Shown here: one piece after another, positions 20,779 to 31,423 of the stretch
Layout: each line of letters begins with the position of its first letter
How positions within the stretch are numbered: the stretch's first letter is position 1
Assembly: GCA_963748625.1 (NCBI GenBank)
Contig: CAVVJT010000005.1
Coordinates: 71,753-135,752 of the forward strand
Source: an uncultured Chloroflexia bacterium
Lineage (GTDB): Bacteria; Chloroflexota; Limnocylindria; Limnocylindrales; CSP1-4
Length of the DNA stretch: 64,000 nucleotides
Direction of reading: 5' to 3'
Program-made: the position numbers and the translations under genes
The notes under the pieces: model-generated
What the model saw: the letters and a program-made list of their open reading frames with translations, nothing else
Database searches by the model: none
What the model was told of the DNA's origin: nothing

Positions 20779-21306
20779 CTACCAGTGGTCGTAGCGGACC
20801 AGCTCCTCGAGCGGGCGCCGCTGCCCGTGGCGCGGTGAGATCACGTGGTCGGGCGCCGGGTAGCCCAGCGGCGAGAACAGCATCGGCTCGCCCTCGGGTG
20901 GGATCCCCAGGACGTCCCGGGCGGCCGCCGGGTCGAACGCCGCGATCCAGCACGTGCCCAGGCCGGCCTCGGTGGCCGCGAGCACCATGTGGTCCATCAC
21001 GATCGCGGCATCCACGTCGGCGTGGCTGCGCCCGTCGTACATCGTCCGCACCCAGGCCTCGTCGCGGACCGCAACCACGCAGAGCACGATCGGCGCCCCA
21101 ACGAACCAGTCCCTGTCGTAGATGCGGCGCAGCTCGTCCTCGCGGCCCTCGGTGCGGACCACGAGCACACGGAACGGCTGGCGGTTGGCGGCCGTGGGGG
21201 CGATGCGGGCTGCCTCGAGGACACCGGCGAGCACGTCGTCCGGGACGGGGTCCCGGCGGTAGCCGCGGATGCTGGCGCGGCGTCGGGCCAGGTCGAGGAA
21301 CGTCAT
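20779..21306 (-). CDS. Nitroreductase family protein
   Basis: RRASIRGY, APTAANRQP, GLGTCWI. Confidence 0.92.
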   Translation of the reverse strand: MTFLDLARRRASIRGYRRDPVPDDVLAGVLEAARIAPTAANRQPFRVLVVRTEGREDELRRIYDRDWFVGAPIVLCVVAVRDEAWVRTMYDGRSHADVDAAIVMDHMVLAATEAGLGTCWIAAFDPAAARDVLGIPPEGEPMLFSPLGYPAPDHVISPRHGQRRPLEELVRYDHW

Positions 21307-21333
21307 GGGGGCCTCCGCGAAGGATGGATGCGA

Positions 21334-22582
21334 CTACGCCGGCGTGCCGAGCGCGTCCAGCGCGGCGGCGGCATAGAGGGCGACACCAACGGCCATGGCA
21401 CTCCTCGTGGAACACCACGAGGTTGGAGTGGTTCTGAGGCACGGTCGCAGGATCCGAGCCCGGGATCGCGGCGCCCAGGAACGCCATGGCGCCCGGGACC
21501 GCCTCGGTGACGTAGGCGAAGTCCTCGGCGCCCATGATCGGGTGCTCGAACACGTCGACGTTCTCCGCGCCCACGAGGTCCCCGGCGAGGCCGATGATCC
21601 AGCTCGCGATGGCGTCGTCATTCACGAGCACGGGGTAGCCGGGCTCGATCCGGAAGTCGAGGGAGGCGCCGTGGGCCGCCACGACGCCCTCGGCCACGCG
21701 GCGCACCAGCGCGTGCATGTGCTCGCGAGTCCCGGGTGAGACGCAGCGGATCGTGCCCTGGAGCTCCACCGACCCGGGGATGATGTTGTGGGTGGTGCCG
21801 GCTGCGAACTTGCCGATCGTGAGGACGGCCGGGTCGAAGACGTCCACGCTGCGGGTGACGGCGGCCTGGAGGGCGAGCACCAGCTCCGCGGCAACGGGGA
21901 TCGGGTCGAGCGCCAGGTGCGGCGCGGAGGCATGCCCGCCACGGCCCTTGACCGTCATGAACACGGCGTCGGCCGAGGCCATCTCCGGACCCGGGCGTAG
22001 GCCGATGACCCCCGTGGGATAGCGCGTGCTGATGTGGATCGCGAAGGCACGCGTGACGTCGCCAGCGCCGTGGGGACCTTCCGCGAGCAGCCCCTCGTCG
22101 AGCATCGCCTTGGCGCCCGCATACCCTTCCTCGCCGGGCTGGAACATCAGCAGCACGCGACCGTGCATATCCGAACGGCGCTCGTTGAGGAGGCGCGCGG
22201 CCCCGAGGAGCATCGCCATGTGGGTGTCATGGCCGCAGGCGTGCATCCTGCCCGGGTGCTCCGAGGCGAACTCGAGGTCCGTGTCCTCCTGGAGCGGCAG
22301 GCCGTCCATGTCGGCGCGAAGAAGGATCGTGGGCCCGGGGTGCTCGCCCTCGATGATCGCCGTCACGCTCGTGGTGGTGCTGCCGGGTCGCGGGGCGAGG
22401 CCGATGCCCTCGAGGGCTTCCCGCACGACCTGCTGGGTCAGGGGGAGCTCGAGGCCGACCTCCGGGATCCGGTGGAGGCGGCGGCGGACCTCGATGGTCT
22501 GCGGCAGCTGGGCGCGGGCGGCGGCCAGGAGGTGGTGTTCAGCGGCGAGCACGGGGAGGTCGGTCGCCGGGGTGTCGGACAT
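21334..22582 (-). CDS. M20 amidohydrolase (hippurate hydrolase-like); 3' frameshift
   Basis: LRADMDGLP, MHACGHD, FQPGEEG, GGHAS, AEDF. Confidence 0.92.
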
Positions 22583-22697
22583 GTCGGACTCCGCGTGGGG
22601 GCAGGGCTGGGCGGGCAGGTCGGGGCGGGCCTGAGTTCGGGCCCATCGTATGCCCGGCTGCGCCGGTTGGGCCGAGGTCCCGTGCCCGGCCGGCGGC

Positions 22698-22753
22698 TTC
22701 TGGCATTCCGGCCGGCGTTCTGGCATTCCGGCCGGCGTTCTGGCATTCCGGCC
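22698..22753 (+). repeat. 20-bp tandem repeat TTCTGGCATTCCGGCCGGCG x~2.8
   Basis: Units at 22698, 22718, 22738. Confidence 0.9.
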
Positions 22754-22861
22754 CACGTGTGGGCCGTTTCCGCAGTCGGTGAGCGTGGTCCGGGCGCGAA
22801 GGTCGAGGTTTGCGACGCAGACCGTGCGGGCGAGGTTCGGATTCGCCCCCTACGTGGGCCG
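22750..22861 (+). repeat. Palindromic dispersed repeat, family C copy 1
   Basis: GCCCACGT...ACGTGGGC ends; homologous to reverse complement of 26000-26109. Confidence 0.75.
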
Positions 22862-22909
22862 GGAACAGGTGTTGCCCGCCGCTCGGCGGCCGGAGCCCGC
22901 TGCCGCCGC

Positions 22910-24190
22910 TCAGCGACCCGCGCCGACGCCCGCCACCTCCCGCAGCAGCGGCTCCAGCGACCTCGCGAAGACCGCCTCCCAGCTGAACGATGTGCGGATC
23001 CGGCGTCGCAGGCCCAGGAGCAGGTCATCCCGCAGCACCCGCCCGATCACCTGGGCGAGCGCCTCCGCGCCGGCATCGGGCGGCACATACGTGGCCGCGT
23101 CCCCCGCCAGCTCGCGCAGCACCGGCAGGTCCGTGCAGACGATCGGCAGGCGTGCCAGCCCGGCCTCCAGGATCGGCAGCCCGAACCCCTCGTCGGCGCT
23201 CGTGACCACCAGCACGTCGGCGACCCGGTACAGGCCGGCGACGGTCGCAGGCCCGGGCGGAGGACCGGTCAGCGACAGCAGGTGGACCGCGTCCGCGACA
23301 CCCAGCGACGCCGCCAGCGCCACCAGCTCACCCGCGTACCCCTCGCCCCGTCCCTCGTGCGGGTCAGGTGGGCCGGTGACCAGCAGGTGGACATCGTCGC
23401 CGGCGGCCCGCAGTGCGGCCACCGCGCCGATCGCCAGCTCGAGCCGCTTGCGGCGGGTGATCCGGGCCGGCGCCAGGAGCACGACCGCCCCCGGGTCCAC
23501 CGCCCCCGGCTCCGCCGCGAGCCCCCGCACCACGGACCGGCCCGCGCGCCCGAGCCCCAGGAACTCGTCGATGTCGATACCGTTGGGCACCACCGCGATC
23601 GGGCCGGCGGCCTCGCCGTAGACCGCCTCGAGCTCCCCGCGACGTGCCTCGGACACCGCCACGTGGCGGACCCCCGGCCATGCCGAGCCCAGCAGGCCCC
23701 ACGGGTACCCGGCCGGGATCGAGGCCCCGGTGGCGCGCGCCGCGGACAGCGCATGGTCGTGATGCCAGGCGATGAGCGGAGGGCCGTCGCCACGCTCCAC
23801 CAGCCGTGCCAGCGCCGCGGTGAGCGCGAGATTGAGCGGCAGCGAGCACACGTTGTGGGCGACGAGCACGTCGAGCCCGTCCACCGCCGCCACAAGCCCC
23901 GCCTCCAGCTCAGCCACGGCGGCCTCGAACCCGGGCGGCACCACGCCCCGGTCCAGCGAGCGCCGGAGCGCCCCGATCCGCGCCGCCCGGGCATCGGCCA
24001 GGGGCAGGCGGATGGACGTCACACCCGGCATCGGCAGGCGCCCGCGTCCACGTCCCTGTCCCCGCCCGGCGATGATCCGCACGCGGTGCCCGGCCCCCGC
24101 GAGCAGCGCGGCATGCCGACCCACCACCCCCTCGACCCCGCCGACCACCGGCGGTGCCGTGTAGTGGAGGAGCCCCACCGAGAGCGTCAG
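22910..24190 (-). CDS. Glycosyltransferase family 4
   Basis: PPVVGGVE, PARITRRKRLE, EGFGLPILEA; start CTG 24190 or GTG 24178. Confidence 0.88.
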   Translation of the reverse strand: MTLSVGLLHYTAPPVVGGVEGVVGRHAALLAGAGHRVRIIAGRGQGRGRGRLPMPGVTSIRLPLADARAARIGALRRSLDRGVVPPGFEAAVAELEAGLVAAVDGLDVLVAHNVCSLPLNLALTAALARLVERGDGPPLIAWHHDHALSAARATGASIPAGYPWGLLGSAWPGVRHVAVSEARRGELEAVYGEAAGPIAVVPNGIDIDEFLGLGRAGRSVVRGLAAEPGAVDPGAVVLLAPARITRRKRLELAIGAVAALRAAGDDVHLLVTGPPDPHEGRGEGYAGELVALAASLGVADAVHLLSLTGPPPGPATVAGLYRVADVLVVTSADEGFGLPILEAGLARLPIVCTDLPVLRELAGDAATYVPPDAGAEALAQVIGRVLRDDLLLGLRRRIRTSFSWEAVFARSLEPLLREVAGVGAGR

Positions 24191-25537
24191 ATCGGAGCCT
24201 CCCCGAAGCAGTCCACCACCAGGTCGGCCAGCCGCCGCCGCAGGATGGTGAACGAGAAGTGGCGGCGCGCCAGCTCGAAGTTCGTCGCGGCCCACGTGGC
24301 GGCCAGGTCCGGATCATCGAGGACGCGATGGGCGGCGGCCATGGTCGCGTCGCTGATGAACTGGTCGAACCAGATGGCGTGGAAGCCGCGCGGGCGGATG
24401 TCCACCTCGTACGTGGAGTAGTTGTTGACCAGGATCGGGCGACCGAAGTAGACGGTCTCGAGGAACGCGTTGCCGAAGCCCTCGAAGGCCGACGGGTAGG
24501 TCACGAGATCGGCGGCCCGGTAGACGTCGGCAAGCTCATAGACCGGACGTCCGTCGGGCGTGGTCCCTCGGCGATCCGCTACCAGGTCAGCCTCGAAGCG
24601 GACCGTGACGCCCAGAAGGCCCGCGAACTCGCGCACCCGCGCCTCGTACTCCAGCCCCTCGTCGCCTGCCGCATGCGAGATCACCAGCGACGCGGGCCGG
24701 CCCAGGCGCCGTGTGAACTCGATCGCGTGCTCGATCCCCTTGCGCTGGATGACGCGGGTGGGCTGGAGGAGCATCAGCTCGCCGTCGCGCACGCCGAGGT
24801 CGCGGCGGACGACGGCCGGATCGACGACGGGCGGGCCGGGCGGCCGCTCGAACTCCATGACATTGGGCACGACGCGGGCGGTGAGGCCGTGCCGCGACGC
24901 CAGGGCCGCCGCCTGCACCGAGTTGATGACGACGTGGCGGATCGCCGGGTGACTGGGCGGGAAGGCGGCGGCGAGGATCTCCGGCACCGCGTTCACGAGG
25001 AACCGCTGGCGCTCCCAGTGGAAGTCGTGGTGGTGGGCGATGGTCGGGATGCCGGTCTCCCCCACCAGCTCCGCGATGGCCAGGCCCAGCGGCAGGTTGA
25101 GCGGGATGGCGCTGGCGTTCTCGATGACGAGGAGGTCGATGTCGAAGTCGCGCACGAACGCACGCAGCTCGTGCTTGAGATGCTCGCGCAGCTCGTGGAT
25201 GCGCCGGGTGACCGTGGGCGGCCGGGTCTGGAGGGCGGCACTGCCGTGCGAGGCGGCAGATCACGGTCGCCGGTGTCGTCGATCCAGTCCTCGACCGCCA
25301 GGTCGCCGCCATACGCGAAGTGGTTGATCGCCTCGATCTCGGGGTGGCGGTAGAAGGCCTCCGGCACCACGCGAGCTGCGCTCGGGCGGGCGGTCGGAGA
25401 GGCCCGCGAAGTAGGCGCAGGTCGTGGCCCATCTCCCCGAAGACCGACGCCCACTTGGCGGTCTCGAGCGAGACGCCGTCGGTGCCGGCGAACCGGGTGG
25501 ACACGAAGCCGATGGTGAGGGCGGCGGTCACGGTCAA
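24187..25537 (-). CDS. Glycosyltransferase family 4 (mannosylglucosylglycerate synthase-like); frameshifted
   Basis: STRFAGTDGVSLE, HHHDFHWER, QPTRVIQRKGIE, EGFGNAFLE. Confidence 0.85.
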
Positions 25538-25651
25538 GGCATGCTCCCGAGGGGTCCGACGGGCAGCCCGACACTAACCGGGACATCCGGGTGCGTCAAC
25601 GGGCGCCATCGGGGCGGCGGCGTGCGGTATCGGTGTCGGTGGGCCGCGAGC

Positions 25652-25911
25652 CTCCGGCCCGGGGATGCGCGGCTCCGGCCCGGGGATGCGCGGCTCCAGC
25701 CCGGATGCGCGGCTCCAGCCCGGATGCGCGGCCAGCGTGCGTACGGGCGGGTGCCCTGCGATTCCTGCGCGCCTGGCGTGCGGATCCCCGCTCCCCGGGC
25801 CCGGGAGGCGCAGGGCTGCGCGCTGACCGCGCAGGAATGACGGGTCACGCTCCCGTAGGCGCGCCCGGCGCGCACGGGCCGGTGGCGGGGGCCGGCATGG
25901 GCGGGGGCCAG
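25652..25911 (+). repeat. Composite dispersed repeat, family B copy 1
   Basis: Tandem GGATGCGCGGCTCC units plus 78-bp hairpin ATTCCTGCGC...GCGCAGGAAT; homologous to 35220-35457. Confidence 0.85.
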
Positions 25912-25999
25912 GCGGCAGGACATGGGATGCTTCCCGGCGGGACGTCAACGGGGCGGCGGCGGGGCCGCGGAGCCCCGGCGCGATGATTTCCGCGCCCCG

Positions 26000-26109
26000 C
26001 CCCACCTGGGGGCCGAATCCGGGCGAGCCACGCACGACGCGGGAGCGAAACCTCGCCTTCCGTGCCTGGACCACGCTCACGACTCGCCGAAACGCCCCCC
26101 ACGTGGGCC
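26000..26109 (-). repeat. Palindromic dispersed repeat, family C copy 2
   Basis: Reverse complement shares GGCCCACGTG, GTGAGCGTGGTCC, CGAGGTTT, CGGATTCG blocks with 22750-22861. Confidence 0.75.
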
Positions 26110-26146
26110 GTGCGGCGACAGAACAGGCCGGCACGAGCCAGGACCC

Positions 26147-27279
26147 CTAGTCGAGCCGCTTGTGGAACCGGCGCGTCGCGATCGTCATCACGATCAGCCC
26201 GTAGACCGCGATCGCGACGATGTCGACCAGGAGCTCGCCGGTGCCCGCGCCCTTGAGGATGATCCCGCGCACGATCGAGAGGAAGTACCGCAACGGGAAC
26301 AGGTACGTGATCGCCTGCAGCCACTGGGGCATCGCGGCGATCGGGAAGAAGAAGCCCGGACAGGAAGATGTTCGGGAGCAGGAAGAAGAGCGACACCAGG
26401 ATCGCCTCCTGCTGGGTCTTCGCGATCGTGGAGATCAGCAGCCCGACGCCCAGCGGCGTCACCAGGAACAGGGCGCAGCAGGCGAGCAGGAGCGGCACGG
26501 ACCCGTTGATCGGGACATGGAAGAGCAGGACGCCCAGGATCAGGATCTCGATGGTGTCGATGAAGGCGAGCAGGACATACGGCGCCAGCTTGCCGACCAG
26601 CAGCTCCCACGAGCGGATCGGCGTGACGATCAACTGCTCGATCGTGCCGCGCTCGCGCTCGCGCACGATGGCCGTGGACGTGAGCACCACGCACAGGAAC
26701 AGCATGATGATCCCGATCAGCGCGGGGACCATGTAGTAGGCCGACTTGAGGTCCGGGTTGTACCAGACCTGCGCCTGCACGGTGATCGGCATCGCGAGCG
26801 CGCCGGACTGGCCCCGCGCGGCCAGGCGCGCCTTCATCAGTCGCAAGCGACTGCGCCTGGCCCAGCTGGGTCGCCGCGGCCAGCGCCGTCTGGGCGACGG
26901 TGGGGTCGGAGCCGTCGATGACGAACGCGATGGCGACCGCATGCCCGGCCGAGAGCTGCTCGCCGTACCCGGGCGGGATCGTCATCCCGGCCCGGGCGCT
27001 GCCCGCGGTGATCAGCGAGCGGATCTCGTCGCCCGAGCCCACGTCGTACACGACCTTGAAGTAGTCGGCCGCGCGATAGGCGTCGATCAGCGCCCGCGAT
27101 TCGGGGGAGCGGTCCTGGTCCCACACCGCGAGCGGCACGTTGCGCACGTCGGTGGTGGCGGCCACCCCGAGCAGGACCAGCATCACCAGCGGCATCACGA
27201 ACGAGATCGCCAGCGTCCGCGGGTCCCGCAGGATGTGGATGAACTCCTTGCGGATGATCGAGAGCAGGCGCGTCCTCAT
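26147..27279 (-). CDS. ABC-2 permease; frameshifted
   Basis: KEFIHILRDPRT, WYNPDL, IVRERERGTIEQL. Confidence 0.88.
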
Positions 27280-28267
27280 GCGGCCGCCTCCGCGGACCCG
27301 GGTGTGGCCCCGGTGTGGCCCGGTGCGGCCCCGGGTGCGGCCCCGGGCGATGGCGTGCCCGTCAGGATCGTGAAGACGTCCTCGAGCGTCGCCTCGGCCG
27401 GTTCGACCTGCACCGGGTCGGCCCCGCTCAGCGCGGACGCCAGCGTGTCAGCCGTGTGCGCCCCGGGTGCGGTGATCACATGGACCGCGTCGCCCAGCAG
27501 ACCCGCGTGCGTGACGCCCTCCATGGCGCCCAGCCGATCGATCAGCACCACCGGGCTGGCGCCGTCCGTCGCGATGTTCCACGGGTCGCCCCGCCACCGC
27601 CTCGCGGAGCCGCGTGGGCGAGTCCATCGCGAGCAGCCGGCCGTGGTCCATGACGCCGAGGCGCCCGCAGTGCTCCGCCTCGTCCATGTAGTGCGTGGTC
27701 ACGAAGACGGTCGTGCCCGCCATCGGCGAGCCCGTAGATGATGTCCCAGAACGCCCGGCGCGCCTCCGGGTCCACACCGGACGTCGGCTCGTCGAGGAAC
27801 AGCAGCGGTGGCTCGTGGACCAGCGCGATCGCCATCGCCAGTCGCTGCCGCCAGCCGCCCGCCAGTGACCCTGCCCGGATATCGCGGTGCGGCTCCAGCC
27901 CCACCAGGGCCGAACATCTCGTCCATGCGCTCGGCCAGCCTCGCCCGGCCCAGGCCGTACACCCCGCCGTAGAAGCGCAGGTTCTCGGCGACCGTGAGGT
28001 CCTCGTACAGCGCGAACTTCTGGCTCATGTACCCCGAGCGCAGACGGATCCACTCGGCATCGGCCACCACGTCATGGCCCAGCACCCGCGCCGAGCCCGA
28101 TGTCGGCCGGAGCAGCCCCAGCAGCATCCGGATCGTCGTGGTCTTGCCCGACCCGTTGGGCCCGAGATACCCCACCACCTCGCCGCGCTCGACCGTGAAC
28201 GACACCCCGTCCACCGCGGTGAACGTGCCGAAGCGCTTGACGAGATCGCGGACCTCGATCGCGATCG
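27276..28267 (-). CDS. ABC ATP-binding protein; frameshifted, start unclear (possibly fused with upstream ATPase)
   Basis: GPNGSGKTT, LAGGWRQR, LDEPTSG, TTHYMDEA. Confidence 0.82.
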
Positions 28268-29281
28268 GTCAGGGGCAGTGCGGTGGCCGCGCCCTTCGCG
28301 AGCAGGCTGATGAACACGTCCTCCATCGACGGCGCGATCGGCCGAAGGCGCTCCACCGCGATCCCGGCCGCCGCGAGCGCCGCGGGCAGGCGGGCCATCG
28401 GCCCCGCGGTGTCCCTCACGCGCAGGTGGAGCCGGTCCCCGAAGGCCATCACGTCCTCGACGTCGGGGTCGGCCATGGCAATCGGCCTGACGGCGCCGCG
28501 CGGGCGTGCACCCAGCTCAAGGACGTGCCCGTCGAAGGCGGCCGTGAGCTGGCGCGGCGTCCCCTCCACCAGGATCCGGCCGCTGTGCATGAAGCCCACC
28601 CGCGTGCAGCGCGCGGCCTCGTCCATGTAGGGGGTGGAGACGATGATCGCGCGCCCGTCGGCGAGGAGGCGGATCAGCAGCTTCCAGAACTCCTGGCGCG
28701 TGACCGGGTCCACGCCGCCGGTGGGCTCGTCGAGCAGCAGCACCGCCGGCTCGTGGACCAGCGCGCAGGCCAGGCCGAGCTTCTGCTTCATCCCGCCCGA
28801 GAGCGCATCGGCGCGCCGCTCCTCGAATCCCGCGAGGCCGACGAAGCCGAGCAGATCGGCGGCGCGGGCACGGAACGGCGCACCACGGATGCCGCGGACC
28901 TCGGCGAAGAAGCGCAGGTTCTCGGCCACGGTCAGGTCGCCGTAGAGCGAGAACCGCTGGGCGAGGTAGCCGATGCCGGAGCGGGCGGTGTCGGGATCGA
29001 CCGACATGTCGCAGCCGCCCACGGTCACCGTGCCCGCGTCCGGCCGGAGCGCGCCGACCAGCAGCCGCAGCGTGGTGGTCTTGCCGGCGCCGTCGGGGCC
29101 GACCAGCCCGTACGCCTCGCCGGGCTTGACCGCCAGGTCCACGCCGTCCACCGCGCGCACCTCACCGAAGGCTCGATGCAGGTCCCGGGCGTCGAACCAT
29201 GGGCGCCGCGTCCATGGAGGCCGCGACGGCAGTCCCGGCCACCTCGCCTGCGGCACCCGGCCCGGCCACGCCGGCGCTCAT
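28268..29281 (-). CDS. ABC ATP-binding protein; frameshifted
   Basis: GPDGAGKTT, LSGGMKQK, LDEPTGG, STPYMDEA. Confidence 0.85.
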
Positions 29282-30508
29282 CGGCCGAAGGTGACGTCGG
29301 CGGGCATGCCGGGCTTCAGCTTCCCGCCCGATCCCTCCAGCGCCAGCTCCACCGCGAACACCGTGGACGTGCGGCCCTCCACCGTCTGCACGTTGCGCGG
29401 CGTGAACTCCGCCTGGTCGGCGATCCGCGAGACCGACCCCGTGAACACCTCGCCTGGGAACGAGTCGACCACAACCTCCACCGCCTGGCCCAGGGACACC
29501 TGCCCGTAGCGGTCCTCCGGCACGTACACGGTGACCGTGAGGTGCTCGAGGTCCGCGATCTCCATGAGCGCCGCGCCGGGGCTGACCACCTCGCCGGGCT
29601 CGATGGCGCGCGTGATCACCGTGCCCGCAACCGGGGCGTTGATCGAGAGGCGGGCGATCTGGGCATCGGCCACCGCGAGGCCGGCCTTCGCCGCGTCGAG
29701 CTGGGCCTCGGCGGCTTCGGCCCCGGCCCGGGCCCCGTCAACGCGGGCGTCGGCGGCATCGGCCTGGGCGGCAGCAGCCTCGATCTGCCGGTCGGCAGCC
29801 CGCACCTGGGCGCCGGCGGCCCGCATCGCTGCCTGCGCCGCGCGCTTCTGCTGGCTCCGGGTGCCTGCGCTGACCACGCCGTACTGCGCCTGGGCGGTGG
29901 TGATGGCCGCCTTGGCCGTGTCGCGCTGGGCCTTCATCGTGCGTCCGGCCAGCGACTGCTTCTCCATCGACGAGAGGGCGGCGTACGCGTCGCGCAGGCT
30001 CGTGTAGGCGGCGCGCGCCTGGCCCACCTGGCTCGCCGGCCATCGTGAGCTGGGCGGACGAGGCACCAGCCTTGGCCAGCCGGTAGGCGGCCCGCGCACC
30101 ATCGAGCGCACCGGTGGCGCCGGCCCGGGCGGCCCTCGCGGCACCGGTGGCGGCATCGGCACGGGCGGCATCGGCGACGGCGGCCTCGATGTTGGCTTCG
30201 GCGGCCTTGACGTTCGCCTCCGCGACCGCGATCGCGGCTTCAGCCTGGCCCCGCTGCGCGGTGAGCAGCTGGTCGTCGAGCGTGACGATCACGGCGTCCG
30301 CGTCCACGGCCTCGCCCTCGGCCGCGTTGACGGCGGTGACCCGGCCGGCGACCTCGGGGCTGATCGTGACCTGCGTGGCCTCGATCGTGCCGGAGGCCGT
30401 GAGCGCGCCGTCTGCGCCGTCGCGCGGCTGGGTGAGGTACCAGCCCGCCGCAACGAGCGCGACGACCACCAGCACCACGATGGGGGCGAACCGTCGGCGA
30501 CCGTGCAT
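29278..30508 (-). CDS. HlyD/membrane fusion protein; frameshifted
   Basis: ASGTIEA, AEFTPRNVQT, LKPGMPAD. Confidence 0.88.
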
Positions 30509-30512
30509 CGTT

Positions 30513-31295
30513 CTACTCCTGGGGTGCGGGCAGCAGGCCGTGCAGCGCGACCTGGGCGAACGTCGTGGCGGCGTCGTCCGGGGCGATCGCGATGCCCGCG
30601 ACCGGTCCCAGGAACGACTGGCTCAGCAGGTTGAGGAGCAGGGGCCCCACCAGCGAATGGGCCGCAAGCACGGGCTCGATCGGCCGGATGTGGCCGGCAG
30701 CGACCTGGGTGCCGAAGTAGCGGGTGATCTCCGCATACAGCGGGCGCAGTGCGCCCTGGGCTGCCTCGAGGGCTTCGGGCTCCCCGGAGGACACCTCCAG
30801 CATCATCGAGCGGACGATGGCCACCCGCGGCCCCACGATCCGCGCAAGCGTCGCCAGCAGCTCCGGCAGCACCACCTCCGGGGGCCGGCCCTGGAGCGCG
30901 TGGAGGGCGCCGCCGACCTGGGCGAACGGGGCGTATGTGTCCAGCAGCGCGGCGAAGAGCGTGGTCTTGCCGGGGAACAGGCGGTAGACGGTGGCCCGCG
31001 AGACGCCGGCCCGCTCGGCGACCTCGTCCATCGACAGGCCCCGGAGCCCGTCGCGGCCGAGCAGGTCGATGGCGGCTGGGAGGATGCGGGCGCGGGCGTC
31101 GAGATCGGGCTCCAGGTCGAGCGCCTCCAGCAGCGCCGCGCGGGAGTGGAAGTGGCGGTAGAACGTCGCGCGAGAGAGACCGGCGCCGGCGGCGATGCGC
31201 TCAAGCGGGGTGGAGCTGTCCTGGGCGAGCAGGGGGCGCGCGGCGTCCAGGATGGCGTCGCGGGCGGTCGTCCGGGTGGGCCGTTCCTTGGTCAT
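30513..31295 (-). CDS. TetR regulator with two tandem HTH domains
   Basis: IAAGAGLSRATFYRHF and VAERAGVSRATVYRLF. Confidence 0.9.
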   Translation of the reverse strand: MTKERPTRTTARDAILDAARPLLAQDSSTPLERIAAGAGLSRATFYRHFHSRAALLEALDLEPDLDARARILPAAIDLLGRDGLRGLSMDEVAERAGVSRATVYRLFPGKTTLFAALLDTYAPFAQVGGALHALQGRPPEVVLPELLATLARIVGPRVAIVRSMMLEVSSGEPEALEAAQGALRPLYAEITRYFGTQVAAGHIRPIEPVLAAHSLVGPLLLNLLSQSFLGPVAGIAIAPDDAATTFAQVALHGLLPAPQE

Positions 31296-31298
31296 GTG

Positions 31299-31327
31299 AC
31301 AAGACTAGATGCGACGTCCAGTCTTGT
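31299..31327. promoter_or_regulatory. Inverted repeat ACAAGACT-N13-AGTCTTGT, probable TetR operator over a leaderless -10
   Basis: Directly upstream of tetR ATG; TAGTCT lies 6 nt before ATG on minus strand. Confidence 0.65.
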
Positions 31328-31423
31328 ATAGTCCCGTTTGTCGCGGCGCCTGCTGGTGGCGGCGCGGAGTAAGCGGGGCGTAAGTGCAACCTGCGACACT
31401 CCGGGGAGGAGGTAGCACCGGCC

